A stretch of 64,000 nt of DNA from Candidatus Cloacimonadales bacterium (GTDB taxonomy: Bacteria; Cloacimonadota; Cloacimonadia; Cloacimonadales; JAIOQZ01), in NCBI GenBank assembly GCA_963662655.2, contig CAXXTU010000002.1:1696001-1760000 (forward strand). The letters run 5' to 3'. The notes under the pieces were generated by a model that worked only from the letters and a program-made list of their open reading frames with translations, was not told the DNA's origin and made no database searches. This document shows positions 1 to 10,528 of this stretch, in pieces (the stretch's first letter is position 1; every line of letters begins with the position of its first letter). Position numbers and translations under genes: made by a program.

Positions 1-120
1 ACTTCGAAATCCGTCTCTACTTATAAAGCATCGAGCGATCCAGTCTCCGTGGAATTTCGACTTCATTGAACAAATAAAGTATCCTGAAACGCCCGAAAGC
101 CTTTCTGGCAGAGGAATACC

Positions 121-148
121 TTGACAAATTCGTTATAACCATTATTCT
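121..148 (+). promoter_or_regulatory. Putative sigma70 promoter of the Rrf2/sulfate operon
   Basis: TTGACA(121-126)-N16-TATTCT(143-148), upstream of the Rrf2 gene. Confidence 0.5.
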
Positions 149-176
149 ATATTCATATCAATATTGAAGGAAATCG

Positions 177-641
177 TTGATGAAAATCTCGAAGAAAACG
201 GATTATGCACTGAGAGCGCTCGTCTACCTGGCGATCGATACGGACAAGCTGCACTCTATTCGTCATATCGCGAAAGAGAACGATATCCCGAAGCGCTTCC
301 TCGAACACATCATGCTCGATCTGAAGGACGCCGGCTGGGTCAAGGGGGTTCCCGGCAGGGACGGCGGGTACCGGATTCTAGTCGATCCCGCAAAGCTAAC
401 CATCGGTCGTGTCGTCCGTTACTACGACAGCATGCTCGCTCCGATCGCGTGTGTCTCAAGTTGCGAGTACGAGGAATGCTCACAGGAAAGCGCATGCCGC
501 TTCAGGCGCTTGTTTCTCAATATTCGCAACCACATCGCTCACATGCTCGACAACGTAACCATCAAGGATCTCGCGAATTTCGATCCTGTTTTACAAGAAG
601 AATTAAAGGAATCGATCACGGTTGACGATAATAGTGCATAG
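177..641 (+). CDS. Rrf2 family transcriptional regulator (CymR/IscR-like)
   Basis: N-terminal KISKKTDYALRALVYLA, IPKRFLEHIM, GRDGGY and a Cys-rich C-terminal segment. The start may be the ATG at 180. Confidence 0.9.
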   Translation: MMKISKKTDYALRALVYLAIDTDKLHSIRHIAKENDIPKRFLEHIMLDLKDAGWVKGVPGRDGGYRILVDPAKLTIGRVVRYYDSMLAPIACVSSCEYEECSQESACRFRRLFLNIRNHIAHMLDNVTIKDLANFDPVLQEELKESITVDDNSA

Positions 642-696
642 GTCTTTTTTTTAAGCCATAAACTTACACCGATACAGTCGTGATTTATACGGGAGA

Positions 697-1779
697 ATGA
701 TTATGAAATTGTTACTCAGAATTTTTTTTATTGGATTACTGGCCGCTGCGGCCCTGACAGGCTGCTCGGACCAGACGAAATCATCGGATTTGACACTGCT
801 GAATGTGTCGTACGATCCCACGCGGGAATTCTACAAGGAGTTCAACCAGGCCTTTTGCGAGCACTGGAAGAACCTGCACGGCATAACGCCGACCATCCAG
901 CAATCGCACGGTGGCGCGGGGAAACAGGCGCGCAGCGTGATCGACGGCCTCCCCGCCGATGTTGTAACGCTCGCACTGGCATACGACATCGACGCCATCA
1001 GCGAGAAGACGGGGCTCTTCCCGGCCGATTGGCAAAAGAGGCTACCAAACAACTCCTGCCCCTACACATCCACGATCGTATTTCTCGTTCGAAAGGGAAA
1101 TCCGAAGGGGATTCGCGATTGGGACGACCTCCTGAAATCGGACGTCGAAGTAATCACGCCCAATCCCAAAACTTCCGGCGGCGCACGCTGGAACTACCTG
1201 GCAGCCTGGGGATACTTCCTGAGAAAGGAGCTCGACAACTTCAGCAAGCTCAAGAATCCGGCTTACCTGAGTAAAGTTCGCGCCGCCCAGGACATCGCCA
1301 GAGCGAAAGTCGCGGAACTCTATCGCCACGTTCCCGTGCTCGACACCGGAGCGAGAGGCTCCACCACGACTTTCATCCAGCGCGGAATCGGCGATGTCCT
1401 TCTCGCGTGGGAAAACGAGGCGTACCTCACCATCAACGAGTTCGATCCCGATCAGTTCGAGATTGTGATCCCGTCCATCAGCATCCAGGCAGAACCTCCC
1501 GTGACGCTTGTCGATAAAAACGCCGAGTCGCATGGTGTCCGTGAACTCGCGGAAGCGTACCTCGCGTTCCTCTACTCCCCAACCGGTCAGCGTCTGGTGG
1601 CACGGCACTACTATCGTCCGCTCCACCCGGAATTCGCCGATCCCGTCGACAACAACCGCTTCGAATATGTTATTACCTTCAAAATCGAAGAAGTCTTCGA
1701 AGGCTGGCAGCAAGCGCAGCGGAAACATTTTGCGGATGGCGGAATCTTCGATCAAATCTATCTCGTCCAGCAGCAGTAA
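697..1779 (+). CDS. sbp: Sulfate ABC transporter substrate-binding lipoprotein
   Basis: [26 protein letters not shown] and [15 protein letters not shown] motifs; lipobox LTGC. Confidence 0.95.
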   Translation: MIMKLLLRIFFIGLLAAAALTGCSDQTKSSDLTLLNVSYDPTREFYKEFNQAFCEHWKNLHGITPTIQQSHGGAGKQARSVIDGLPADVVTLALAYDIDAISEKTGLFPADWQKRLPNNSCPYTSTIVFLVRKGNPKGIRDWDDLLKSDVEVITPNPKTSGGARWNYLAAWGYFLRKELDNFSKLKNPAYLSKVRAAQDIARAKVAELYRHVPVLDTGARGSTTTFIQRGIGDVLLAWENEAYLTINEFDPDQFEIVIPSISIQAEPPVTLVDKNAESHGVRELAEAYLAFLYSPTGQRLVARHYYRPLHPEFADPVDNNRFEYVITFKIEEVFEGWQQAQRKHFADGGIFDQIYLVQQQ

Positions 1780-1789
1780 GGATTATGCC

Positions 1790-2620
1790 ATGAAACTCAA
1801 GCACCACAGCGTCCTGCCCGGGTTCGGGATGAGCCTCGGCTACACGCTGCTCTATCTGGGACTTATCGTCCTGCTGCCTCTCGCCGCACTAACCGTCAAC
1901 AGCAGTAAGATCGGCTGGAGCGGATTCTGGAATGTCATGACCGACGCCCGTGTTGTAGCATCTTTCAAACTCACCTTCACAACCGCTTTGGCGGCAGCGA
2001 CGGTCAATGCCGTGTTCGGGCTTCTCATCGCATGGTTTCTGGTCCGGGTGCAGTTTCCCGGGAAGAGGATTATCGACGCCCTCATCGACCTGCCTTTCGC
2101 ACTACCCACTGCTGTCAGTGGAATCGCGCTGACAGCGATCTACGCACCCAATGGGTGGATCGGCAAGCCGCTTCTCGACGCGGGGATACGAATCGCCTTC
2201 ACGCCGGTCGGGATCACCATTGCCATGATTTTCATCGGTCTTCCGTTCGTGGTTCGAACCGTGCAGCCGGCAATCGAAGAGCTAGATCAGGAGGTGGAAG
2301 AGGCTTCTCTTTGCCTGGGAGCTTCCCGCTTCAGAACCTTCCGCTGCGTGATCCTCCCGCTGATACTCCCCTCACTTCTGACCGGCTTCGCGATGGCCCT
2401 CGCAAGAGCGCTGGGCGAGTACGGTTCGGTCGTTTTCATCGCGGGTAACATGCCGATGAAAACCGAGATCGCCTCGCTGCTGATCATCACCAAGCTGGAG
2501 CAGTACGATTATACCGGGGCTACCGCAATCGCTCTGGGAATGCTGATCATTTCGTTCGTGCTGCTGCTTTCGATCAACCTGCTCCAATCCTGGAGCGGCA
2601 ACCGTCTGAAAGAGGTATGA
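1790..2620 (+). CDS. cysT: Sulfate ABC transporter permease CysT/CysU
   Basis: [18 protein letters not shown] loop, [19 protein letters not shown] at 1790, just after the sbp stop. Confidence 0.93.
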   Translation: MKLKHHSVLPGFGMSLGYTLLYLGLIVLLPLAALTVNSSKIGWSGFWNVMTDARVVASFKLTFTTALAAATVNAVFGLLIAWFLVRVQFPGKRIIDALIDLPFALPTAVSGIALTAIYAPNGWIGKPLLDAGIRIAFTPVGITIAMIFIGLPFVVRTVQPAIEELDQEVEEASLCLGASRFRTFRCVILPLILPSLLTGFAMALARALGEYGSVVFIAGNMPMKTEIASLLIITKLEQYDYTGATAIALGMLIISFVLLLSINLLQSWSGNRLKEV

Positions 2621-2621
2621 C

Positions 2622-3461
2622 ATGAACCGTGTAACACTACGCCCCGGGCTGCGATCGTCTAAGGCGGTCGAAATCGCGATAACCGCAGCGACGCTGCTTT
2701 TTCTGGGAGCTTTTCTATTGCTGCCGCTAGCGATCGTGTTCGGGGAGGCATTCCGGCAGGGAGTGCGCGTGTGGATGGAGAGCATCGTCAATCCCGAAGC
2801 GCTCTCGGCCATCCGCATGACGTTGCTCGTAACCGCGATCTCCGTACCGCTCAATATCGTGTTCGGAATTGCTGCCGCGTGGTCGCTATCCAAGTTTCGG
2901 TTCAGGGGCAGAAACCTGGTCATCACGCTGATCGATCTGCCGTTCGCGGTCTCGCCGGTGATCTCCGGTCTGATCTTCGTGCTTCTCTTCGGTGCGCATG
3001 GATGGCTGGGCCCCTGGCTTGGCGAACACAATATTCGCATCATCTTCGCGGTGCCCGGAATCGTGCTTGCAACGCTTTTTGTGACATTCCCATACGTGGC
3101 CAGGGAGTTGATCCCCCTGATGACCGAGCAGGGAACGCAAGAGGAGCAGGCCGCCCTCACGCTGGGGGCAAGCGGCTGGAAAACATTTTGGAAGGTTACG
3201 ATTCCCAATATCAAGTGGGGATTGATCTACGGCGTTATCTTGTGCAACGCGCGTGCGATGGGTGAATTCGGTGCGGTTTCCGTTGTGTCGGGACACATAC
3301 GCGGACACACCAACACCCTTCCGTTGCAAACCGAGATTTTATACAATGAATATCACTTCACCGCCGCGTTCGCAGTCGCTTCGCTCCTGGCGATGCTGGC
3401 TCTGCTGACAATCGTTCTCAAATCGGTGGTCGAGTGGAAGACAAAGGAGTGTCGCTCATGA
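2622..3461 (+). CDS. cysW: Sulfate ABC transporter permease CysW
   Basis: [43 protein letters not shown]. Confidence 0.95.
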   Translation: MNRVTLRPGLRSSKAVEIAITAATLLFLGAFLLLPLAIVFGEAFRQGVRVWMESIVNPEALSAIRMTLLVTAISVPLNIVFGIAAAWSLSKFRFRGRNLVITLIDLPFAVSPVISGLIFVLLFGAHGWLGPWLGEHNIRIIFAVPGIVLATLFVTFPYVARELIPLMTEQGTQEEQAALTLGASGWKTFWKVTIPNIKWGLIYGVILCNARAMGEFGAVSVVSGHIRGHTNTLPLQTEILYNEYHFTAAFAVASLLAMLALLTIVLKSVVEWKTKECRS

Positions 3462-4525
3462 GTATTACATTGCAGAACATCACCAAAAGTTTCGATCATT
3501 TCCAGGCGATTAAGGATATTTCGCTGACCTTCAAGGATGGCGAGTTGACTGCGCTACTCGGGCCTTCAGGCTCGGGTAAAACCACCCTGCTGCGACTGGT
3601 TGCGGGACTCGAGCTTCCGGACGAGAATCCCGAATCGAGAATCCTTTTCAACGATGCGGATGTCGCCCGGAAACCGGCGAGTCAGCGCAATGTCGGCTTT
3701 GTTTTCCAGCACTACGCGCTGTTCCGCCACATGACGGTTTTCGAGAACATCGCCTTCGGCCTGCGCGTGATGAAACGCTCACAGCGACCACCCAAGGCTG
3801 AAATCCGGGATCGCGTCAACGAGCTGCTGAAGCTGATACAGCTCGGTGCGATGGCCAACAGAATGCCCTCCCAGCTCTCTGGCGGACAACGTCAGCGGGT
3901 AGCGCTCGCGAGAGCGCTCGCGATTCGCCCGAAAGTTCTTCTGCTCGACGAACCCTTCGGTGCGCTGGACGCCAAGGTTCGAACGGAGCTCCGGCGCTGG
4001 CTGCGCGAGCTCCACGATCAATTGCACATCACCAGCATCTTCGTCACGCACGATCAGGAGGAAGCGCTCGAAGTGGCCGACCGGATCGTCGTGATGAACC
4101 AGGGAGCCATCGAGCAAACCGGAACACCCGACGAGGTGTTCCACCACCCGGCCAGCGAGTTCGTCCTGCAATTCCTGGGCGACGTAAACGTTTTCCACGG
4201 CAGGTTCAACGGCTCGTCATCGCGGTTTCACCGCATCGATACCGATCATCCTTCCCGCATGCTGGTGCGTCCGCATGAAATCGAAGTTCTGCTCAATCCC
4301 CTTGGGAATCCGGACGCAATCCCCGTGCAGACGCATCGGGTTCTCACAGCGGGAGCCGTCGTGAAGCTGGAATTCATCGATTCCCTGCATCAAAGCATTC
4401 AGGTCCACCTCTCGCATGCAGATTATACACGTACCCCCGTTCACCCGGGCATGAAGGTGTACCTCCGCCCGAGAAGCCAGTATAATCCATTTGTGCGAAG
4501 TGCGGCCAACGGCTACGGGCATTAG
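3458..4525 (+). CDS. cysA: Sulfate ABC transporter ATP-binding protein CysA
   Basis: [46 protein letters not shown] overlap with cysW. Confidence 0.95.
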   Translation: MSITLQNITKSFDHFQAIKDISLTFKDGELTALLGPSGSGKTTLLRLVAGLELPDENPESRILFNDADVARKPASQRNVGFVFQHYALFRHMTVFENIAFGLRVMKRSQRPPKAEIRDRVNELLKLIQLGAMANRMPSQLSGGQRQRVALARALAIRPKVLLLDEPFGALDAKVRTELRRWLRELHDQLHITSIFVTHDQEEALEVADRIVVMNQGAIEQTGTPDEVFHHPASEFVLQFLGDVNVFHGRFNGSSSRFHRIDTDHPSRMLVRPHEIEVLLNPLGNPDAIPVQTHRVLTAGAVVKLEFIDSLHQSIQVHLSHADYTRTPVHPGMKVYLRPRSQYNPFVRSAANGYGH

Positions 4526-4642
4526 TATTTTTTACACCAAAGGAAGCCGACCGAGGAAAGATCATAAATTCCTTGCCGTATTCTCCCTGTGTGATTGTAT
4601 TTTGTTTCGAAAGTATTAAATCGATAACTGAATGGGGAGTGT

Positions 4643-5374
4643 ATGGGTTTTCTGAAGAATATTTTCAGCAGCAGCGAAGAAGTGCCGGAAGAAGCAACAC
4701 AGCTGTTTGAAGAAGGCAAGTCTCTTTTTAAGAAAAAGGCCTACGACGAAGCCATCAACACACTGAAGAAGGGATTGGCAATTTACAAGAAGGACGCGGA
4801 AGCGAATTACCTCCTTGGGCGGCTCTATCTCGCCATGAACAATCCTACCGAAGCGAAGCTGCATCTCCTCAAGGCAACCGAATACGATAAGAACTATTTC
4901 CAGGCTTTCTACGAGCTGGGGAATATCTATCTTCGGGAGAAGGACTACCCCAAGGCGATCGAAGCCTTTAAAAGGGAAATCGAGATCGAGCCCAACCCCG
5001 AGAGAACCATCGCGGTGGCGAGAGAGATTCGCCGGATCGAGCGAGACTCGGCTGCGGCGGACTTCCTGCAGAAATCACTCCATTCCGTATCCAAGATCAA
5101 ACGCAATTTCAAACCCTCCATGACAGCGATGGCCTACTACGAGCTGGGCGATATCTTCCTGGAGATGGCCAAGTACGAAGAAGCGTACGACCAGCTTTCC
5201 AAAGCCGTTAAAATGTACCCTCGTCATGCGAACGCTCACTATAAACTCAGCCAGATTCTCGCCCGGAAGGGAGAATCGAAGAAGTCGATCGAGCACATGA
5301 AGGAGGCAGCCAAGCTCGGGCACAAAGAGTGCCAGAGCAAGCTTCTGAAATGGAAAATCGGCTGGAAGGATTGA
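4643..5374 (+). CDS. Tetratricopeptide repeat protein
   Basis: Repeated AYYELG/ANYLLG...A...P helical-pair motifs; GGGGAG RBS. Confidence 0.85.
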   Translation: MGFLKNIFSSSEEVPEEATQLFEEGKSLFKKKAYDEAINTLKKGLAIYKKDAEANYLLGRLYLAMNNPTEAKLHLLKATEYDKNYFQAFYELGNIYLREKDYPKAIEAFKREIEIEPNPERTIAVAREIRRIERDSAAADFLQKSLHSVSKIKRNFKPSMTAMAYYELGDIFLEMAKYEEAYDQLSKAVKMYPRHANAHYKLSQILARKGESKKSIEHMKEAAKLGHKECQSKLLKWKIGWKD

Positions 5375-5410
5375 TCTCCGGCAGATGATAAACCAAGAAA
5401 CGACGCCAGC

Positions 5411-6286
5411 ATGAAAGAAGAATTCAGACGCATTACAAGCAACGAAAAAGAAGCCATCCTTAAGATGACTGAAAACATCTGGGATGGCGAAGACTATACC
5501 AAAATCGTGTTCGACGAGTGGGTCGAGAACACGCGAAATCCATTTATCGCGCTCTGGCTCGACGACGAGCTTTCCGGCATCGGACGATTGAGCTGGGTTA
5601 CCGAGAGCGACGCCTGGCTGGAAGGACTCAAGAAGCATCCCGCGTGCGAGCATCGTGGCGTTGGGAGTAAATTCCTCGAGCACTTCCTCGACATGATACG
5701 CAGCCGCGATCGGGTCGATTCCATCCGGTTTTCCACCTATTTCCCGAATGTCGAATCGATCGCCCTGAACACCAGGCGCGGTTTTTACCATAAGTATTCG
5801 TATTCTCATCTCGTTTACGAGATATCCGGCGAGGAGAAGCCTGCTGAAGGCGTTGTTGAAATAGCCAAGAGCAAGGAAGATTTCCTGCCGCTTTTCATAA
5901 ACTCCGGCTTCAATCGCGACATGAAAGAACTTATCGCGTTCGGCTGGGTGTTCTATCCGGCTGCCCCGGAGAATTTCCAGCGATTCATCGAAAAGGGTTA
6001 CATTCTCGCCACCGGAGGTGGTAGCCTCGATGGCGCGATCCTCCTGATTCATTCTCCCAAAGAGAAGTCCATGAACATTTTAGCGATTCACGCGGAATGT
6101 AGCGATGTAATGGATCGCCTGCTCACGGCTGCGAAGCATTGCGCACTCCAGAGAAATATTCCCCGGATCACCCTCATGGCTCCCGACGATGCGGAGACTT
6201 TGCGTCGTTTCCGTACGAATGGATTCACAAGCTGGGAGAAAGAAAACGACGTCTACCTCTTCGAGCTTCCGCTCGATCGTCTCTGA
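5411..6286 (+). CDS. Putative GNAT-fold N-acetyltransferase
   Basis: AWLEGLKKHPACEHRGVGSK resembles GNAT motif A; second GNAT-like half ending in FRTNGF. Confidence 0.65.
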   Translation: MKEEFRRITSNEKEAILKMTENIWDGEDYTKIVFDEWVENTRNPFIALWLDDELSGIGRLSWVTESDAWLEGLKKHPACEHRGVGSKFLEHFLDMIRSRDRVDSIRFSTYFPNVESIALNTRRGFYHKYSYSHLVYEISGEEKPAEGVVEIAKSKEDFLPLFINSGFNRDMKELIAFGWVFYPAAPENFQRFIEKGYILATGGGSLDGAILLIHSPKEKSMNILAIHAECSDVMDRLLTAAKHCALQRNIPRITLMAPDDAETLRRFRTNGFTSWEKENDVYLFELPLDRL

Positions 6287-6502
6287 CAAGCGCGACCATG
6301 TGTTCAGAACAATAGCATGAATAAAGCAAAAATAAATTAATTATTAACGATAGGCCATTCAACATGCCGACCGCCATTACCCCATCAATATAGCTTTACA
6401 AGCGGTTCATCGGGGTTTCAAACTTCCAGATACGGAACGACAATTTGTTGATTTTCTTGACATGGAAATGAATGTGATTTGATTTTTACCGATGGAGGAT
6501 TC

Positions 6503-6895
6503 ATGAAGAAAATAGTTTTTTTCTTTTTATCCCTAATCATCCTTGCAGCATGCAGCGCTACCAAAACTCTCGAGGAAAGAGAACTCGCCACCAATCGATA
6601 TCAAGCAGGCGTCCTCAAGAGAAGCTGTGTGGAACAAAACATCTCAAACGCACTTACCACCGAGGCTGATTCCCTGTATCTGGTCGGCACTGAATTCGAG
6701 CGAACCTTTCGCCCAGAAAAAGCCATCGCTGCGATGGATCGAGCCATCGTCATCTACAGCCTCGCTCTTGCACAGCGAGACATGGACGAGAGCCAGCAAA
6801 GACACCATAATCAGGTTGAATCGCTCGAAATGGCGAAAAAGCAGCTCGAGTTCACCAAACGTATGCTGGACGAGATGAAAGGAGGCACGGAATGA
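6503..6895 (+). CDS. Lipoprotein (helical), partner of the downstream OmpA-domain protein
   Basis: MKK-hydrophobic-LAAC lipobox; GGAGG RBS; overlaps the next gene. Confidence 0.75.
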   Translation: MKKIVFFFLSLIILAACSATKTLEERELATNRYQAGVLKRSCVEQNISNALTTEADSLYLVGTEFERTFRPEKAIAAMDRAIVIYSLALAQRDMDESQQRHHNQVESLEMAKKQLEFTKRMLDEMKGGTE

Positions 6896-7776
6896 TGAAG
6901 AAACTTATGATCGTTTCGTTGCTGGCGCTTCTCCTGTTCCCGGCACTGGTTTTCGCCTCGAACGGCAGCGACTCGCTAATGACAAAGCTCGTTAAAACCA
7001 AGGATTTGCTGTACCAGCGATACAAAGAATACATCGATTCGGGGGTGGTACGCGAGGTGTATCTATACCCTCTCGCGCTCGCTCGTATCGATGAAGCGCT
7101 CGACCTCTACAAATCGTCCCCGAAAGCCAGCAATACGCGGCAGCAAATCGAGCTCGCGGATATGCTCGCCGAGGCGGCGCTGAACCAGATGACCGCTGCC
7201 ATGAACTATTCCATGGCCTTCCGGCTTCAGGAAGAGACGGAAAAGACCTTCCGGCAGATCGCGACAATGCGCGAGGAAATCAACACGCTTCAGCAAAACC
7301 AGGCGGTTGAAGAGGCGCACAAACTGCAAATGCAGATCGCCATGCAACAGCAAGAGATCGAAAGGCAGCGCGAGGAAGCGCAGCAGCGTTTCGATCAACT
7401 CAAGAGCGAGCTGATCAGCGTGAGGCAGGATGCTCGCGGAACGATCATCAGTATGTCGGACATCCTTTTCGATGTGAATCAGGCAACGCTGACGTCAGAC
7501 CTGAAGATCAACCTCGCCAAGATAACCGGAATCTTGCTGGTTTACAAAGACCTGAATATTACGATCGAGGGGCATACCGATAACACGGGAAGCAGGGATT
7601 ACAACCAGACCCTCTCGGAGAATCGCGCCGAAAACGTATTGACTTTCCTGACGGAACAGGGAGTTTCGCCCACAAGATTATCTTCGACCGGCTATGGATT
7701 CGACAAGCCTGTTGCCGATAATAACACAGCGGAAGGAAGACGGAAGAATCGACGAGTTGATTTGGTAATCCGATAA
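6892..7776 (+). CDS. OmpA family peptidoglycan-binding protein with coiled coil
   Basis: Signal peptide; IEGHTDNTG, NQTLSENRA, GRRKNRRVDL. Confidence 0.92.
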   Translation: MMKKLMIVSLLALLLFPALVFASNGSDSLMTKLVKTKDLLYQRYKEYIDSGVVREVYLYPLALARIDEALDLYKSSPKASNTRQQIELADMLAEAALNQMTAAMNYSMAFRLQEETEKTFRQIATMREEINTLQQNQAVEEAHKLQMQIAMQQQEIERQREEAQQRFDQLKSELISVRQDARGTIISMSDILFDVNQATLTSDLKINLAKITGILLVYKDLNITIEGHTDNTGSRDYNQTLSENRAENVLTFLTEQGVSPTRLSSTGYGFDKPVADNNTAEGRRKNRRVDLVIR

Positions 7777-7781
7777 GCGAT

Positions 7782-8993
7782 ATGGATCGAAAAATACTTG
7801 TTTTTGATGAAGACGCGTTTCGTCTGAAGGACTTGCGCTACAAGTTCCAGCCTCTGGCGGAGGAATTCAGGTTTGAGTATATCGAGGATCGCTCGAAGCT
7901 GATAACCGTTTTGGAAGATGAATTCGACGTTTTCCTGTGCAAAACAGCGTTCTACGACCATGAGACCATCAATATATTGAACACGATCGGTGAGAGCTTT
8001 CCCGAAGTAATCCGCATCGTCATCACGGATTCGGAGCAGCAGCTTCACCGCCTTCAATCATCCACAAGCGCCCACCGGTATTTCGGGCACGATCATGAGA
8101 TCGATGACTTACGGCATGCCATCAATCACTTCTTCCACCTCAATGAAATCGTGCAGAATCCCAAAATGCGGCAGATTGTCAACAACATGCATTCGCTGCC
8201 CACTTTGCCGTACATCTATACCGAAATCATGCGCAAATTGAAGGATCCGGACAGCTCGCCGCGAGATATCGGCATTCTGATCGAGAAAGACCTGAGCCTC
8301 ACTGCCGAGGTTCTGCGCATCGTCAATTCTTCGTATTACGCCATTCGCAACAAGATATCCAATCCCACGCAGGCCGTTGTGATGCTGGGGATGGGAACCG
8401 TACGCGACATCGTGCTGTCGCTGTTCCTGTATAATCATTTCAAGGTCCGCAGCTTCAAAGGCATATCCTTCAAGAGCATCTGGAATCATTCGCTTTCAAC
8501 GGCAGGTTTCGCCCGGCAAATTGCCTTGACCGACAGGAAGCTTCTGGTCAATTCGGGCGAGGCGTTCATCTCGGGGCTTTTGAACTGCATCGGTACATTG
8601 TTCATGGCGCAGGAGTTTCCCGAGGATTATTTCCAGGTGGTGATGAAGGCCGAGAAGGATAAAATCCATCTGCAGGAAGCCGAAGAGAGTATCTTCGAAT
8701 TCAACCACAACGAGATCGGCGCATACCTCATGGGATTCTGGGGGCTTTCCGATTCGATCGTGGAAGCAATCGCATACAGCGATAACATCGAGATCGTTTG
8801 CCAGCCTGACATAACGAACGCTCTTGTGATCTATCTGGCAAAGCGGGTCGATTTCGCTCGCCATCCGAACTGGTGCCTGGGGAAATTACCTGAAATCGAT
8901 ATAGGACGAATGAAGGAACTGCCTTTCTGGGGAGATGTTGAACCCTGCCTGGAAACGCTTTTGAAAACTGGATTCGAAGAGGATGTGGAATGA
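7782..8993 (+). CDS. HDOD domain protein with degenerate receiver domain
   Basis: LPTLP, DLSLTAEVLRIVNS, AVVMLG, WNHS, W-G-L motifs of HDOD; N-terminal REC-like region. Confidence 0.85.
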   Translation: MDRKILVFDEDAFRLKDLRYKFQPLAEEFRFEYIEDRSKLITVLEDEFDVFLCKTAFYDHETINILNTIGESFPEVIRIVITDSEQQLHRLQSSTSAHRYFGHDHEIDDLRHAINHFFHLNEIVQNPKMRQIVNNMHSLPTLPYIYTEIMRKLKDPDSSPRDIGILIEKDLSLTAEVLRIVNSSYYAIRNKISNPTQAVVMLGMGTVRDIVLSLFLYNHFKVRSFKGISFKSIWNHSLSTAGFARQIALTDRKLLVNSGEAFISGLLNCIGTLFMAQEFPEDYFQVVMKAEKDKIHLQEAEESIFEFNHNEIGAYLMGFWGLSDSIVEAIAYSDNIEIVCQPDITNALVIYLAKRVDFARHPNWCLGKLPEIDIGRMKELPFWGDVEPCLETLLKTGFEEDVE

Positions 8994-10384
8994 AGAAACT
9001 TAAAGTCAAGATCATTGATCAGGATGCAAACACAGCCGAATACACGCAATACCTTCTGCAAAACTTGGGGTATACACCGATTATCGGAACATCGACCAAA
9101 CGCGTGGACATACTGGCGGAGAAGCCGGACATCATCCTGATGAACCTGGATATCTCCAAGAAGAATGGAGACTTTCTCTTCAGTGCTGAATCCATGCGCT
9201 CCGAGTTCAACATTCCATTGATCTATCTTCTCGACTATCTCGATGACGAGGACATCTACCGAGCCACGGAGACAAGTCCATACGGATTCTTGATGAAACC
9301 GTTCGAGAAGCTCGAGCTGCATATCGCCATCCAGGCAGCCATACAGAATTTCCGAAACGAGCAAGCGTTGAGAGCCAGCGAAGAGCGGCATCGCATGCTC
9401 ACGATGAACTCCTCGGATATCACCGAGATTCTCGGCGAGGATGGAATCATCCTGTTCGAAAGCGCTGCCGTGGAAAGGATTCTCGGCTATAACGCCGGTA
9501 CACGACTGGGGGAAAAGCTTCTTGATTACGTACATCCGGACGATCGGCACCAGCTCCACAAGATGTTCATGGAACTGCTCTCGTTGAGCTCTCCGAAGGT
9601 GAAAGCCGAATTCCGGGTCAGACACGTGCAGGGCCACTGGCTGGTTTTCGAAAGCATCGGTTGCAATCTCGTGCACGATCCCGCGATACGGGGGCTTGTC
9701 CTGAATACGCGGGATATCACCGAGCGCAAGAAAGCCGAAGAGGAGATCAGGCGAATCGGTAAGGCCGTGGACGGAGCCAGCGACGCAATTTGCATTCTGG
9801 ACCCCGACGGCAAAATGATCTATCAGAATCAGGCTTTCGAAGACCTTTTCGGATACACCCTGGACGAGATGAACCAGGAAAACCGGCTCGAATCGCTGTA
9901 CAGCAACCCCGACACCATCCTGTCCATCCTCGAGACGGCCGGCTTGCGGCAATCGTGGGTGACGGAGACCCCGATGCGAAATCGTGATAACGAGCGGCTC
10001 ATTGTATCGCTGAGAGCCGATGTCATCCGCTCGGATCAAGATCAGATAGAGGGAATTGTGTGCATCCACACCAACACGACAGACCAACGGGCCATCGAGA
10101 AGGAGATCGCCGAGCTGGAGAAACGCAACTCCGTGCTGGCCATGGCGGTAACGGCGAATCATGAGATCAATCAGCCTCTGATGGTTATCAACGCGAATAT
10201 CGAGATGCTCCACTCGAATCTGCCGGACGATGTAAAGAAAAGCAATCGCCGCTACTTCGACCGCGCGACCATTGCCATTGAGCGCATCAGGAACATCCTC
10301 GACAGCTATAAGCAATTACAATCGATCAATTTCGACGAGTATACGACCGGAACGCAAATGGTGAAGTACGGGAACGAAGACTAG
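8990..10384 (+). CDS. REC-PAS-PAS-HisKA signalling protein lacking a HATPase domain
   Basis: REC-like N-terminus (GFLMKPF); PAS/PAC (VHPDDR, RDITERKKAEE); H-box HEINQPL about 70 aa from the C-terminus. Confidence 0.8.
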   Translation: MKKLKVKIIDQDANTAEYTQYLLQNLGYTPIIGTSTKRVDILAEKPDIILMNLDISKKNGDFLFSAESMRSEFNIPLIYLLDYLDDEDIYRATETSPYGFLMKPFEKLELHIAIQAAIQNFRNEQALRASEERHRMLTMNSSDITEILGEDGIILFESAAVERILGYNAGTRLGEKLLDYVHPDDRHQLHKMFMELLSLSSPKVKAEFRVRHVQGHWLVFESIGCNLVHDPAIRGLVLNTRDITERKKAEEEIRRIGKAVDGASDAICILDPDGKMIYQNQAFEDLFGYTLDEMNQENRLESLYSNPDTILSILETAGLRQSWVTETPMRNRDNERLIVSLRADVIRSDQDQIEGIVCIHTNTTDQRAIEKEIAELEKRNSVLAMAVTANHEINQPLMVINANIEMLHSNLPDDVKKSNRRYFDRATIAIERIRNILDSYKQLQSINFDEYTTGTQMVKYGNED

Positions 10385-10397
10385 CGAGGTTATCGCT

Positions 10398-10526
10398 TCG
10401 TTGCATCTTCGCCCGTTTCGCTCTCCAGCGTGTATATAACACGTTTGCGTTTTCAAAGGTAAAAGATAAATCACTCCAACGTGTAACAACACGCCTGCGA
10501 GCGAAATCAAACGAATCTGCTGCCGA
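10398..10526. repeat. Dispersed structured hairpin element, copy 1
   Basis: GCATCTTCGCCCG...TATATAACAC...AACAACAC...AAACGAATCTGC; stems TTTCGCTC/GAGCGAAA and ACACGTT/AACGTGT. Confidence 0.85.
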
Positions 10527-10528
10527 TC

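Noticed and set aside
10398..10526. Hairpin family as integron attC sites or Rho-independent terminators
   Set aside because: No RYYYAAC/GTTRRRY ends, no integron integrase or cassette array, no U-tracts, and orientation is independent of the upstream gene.
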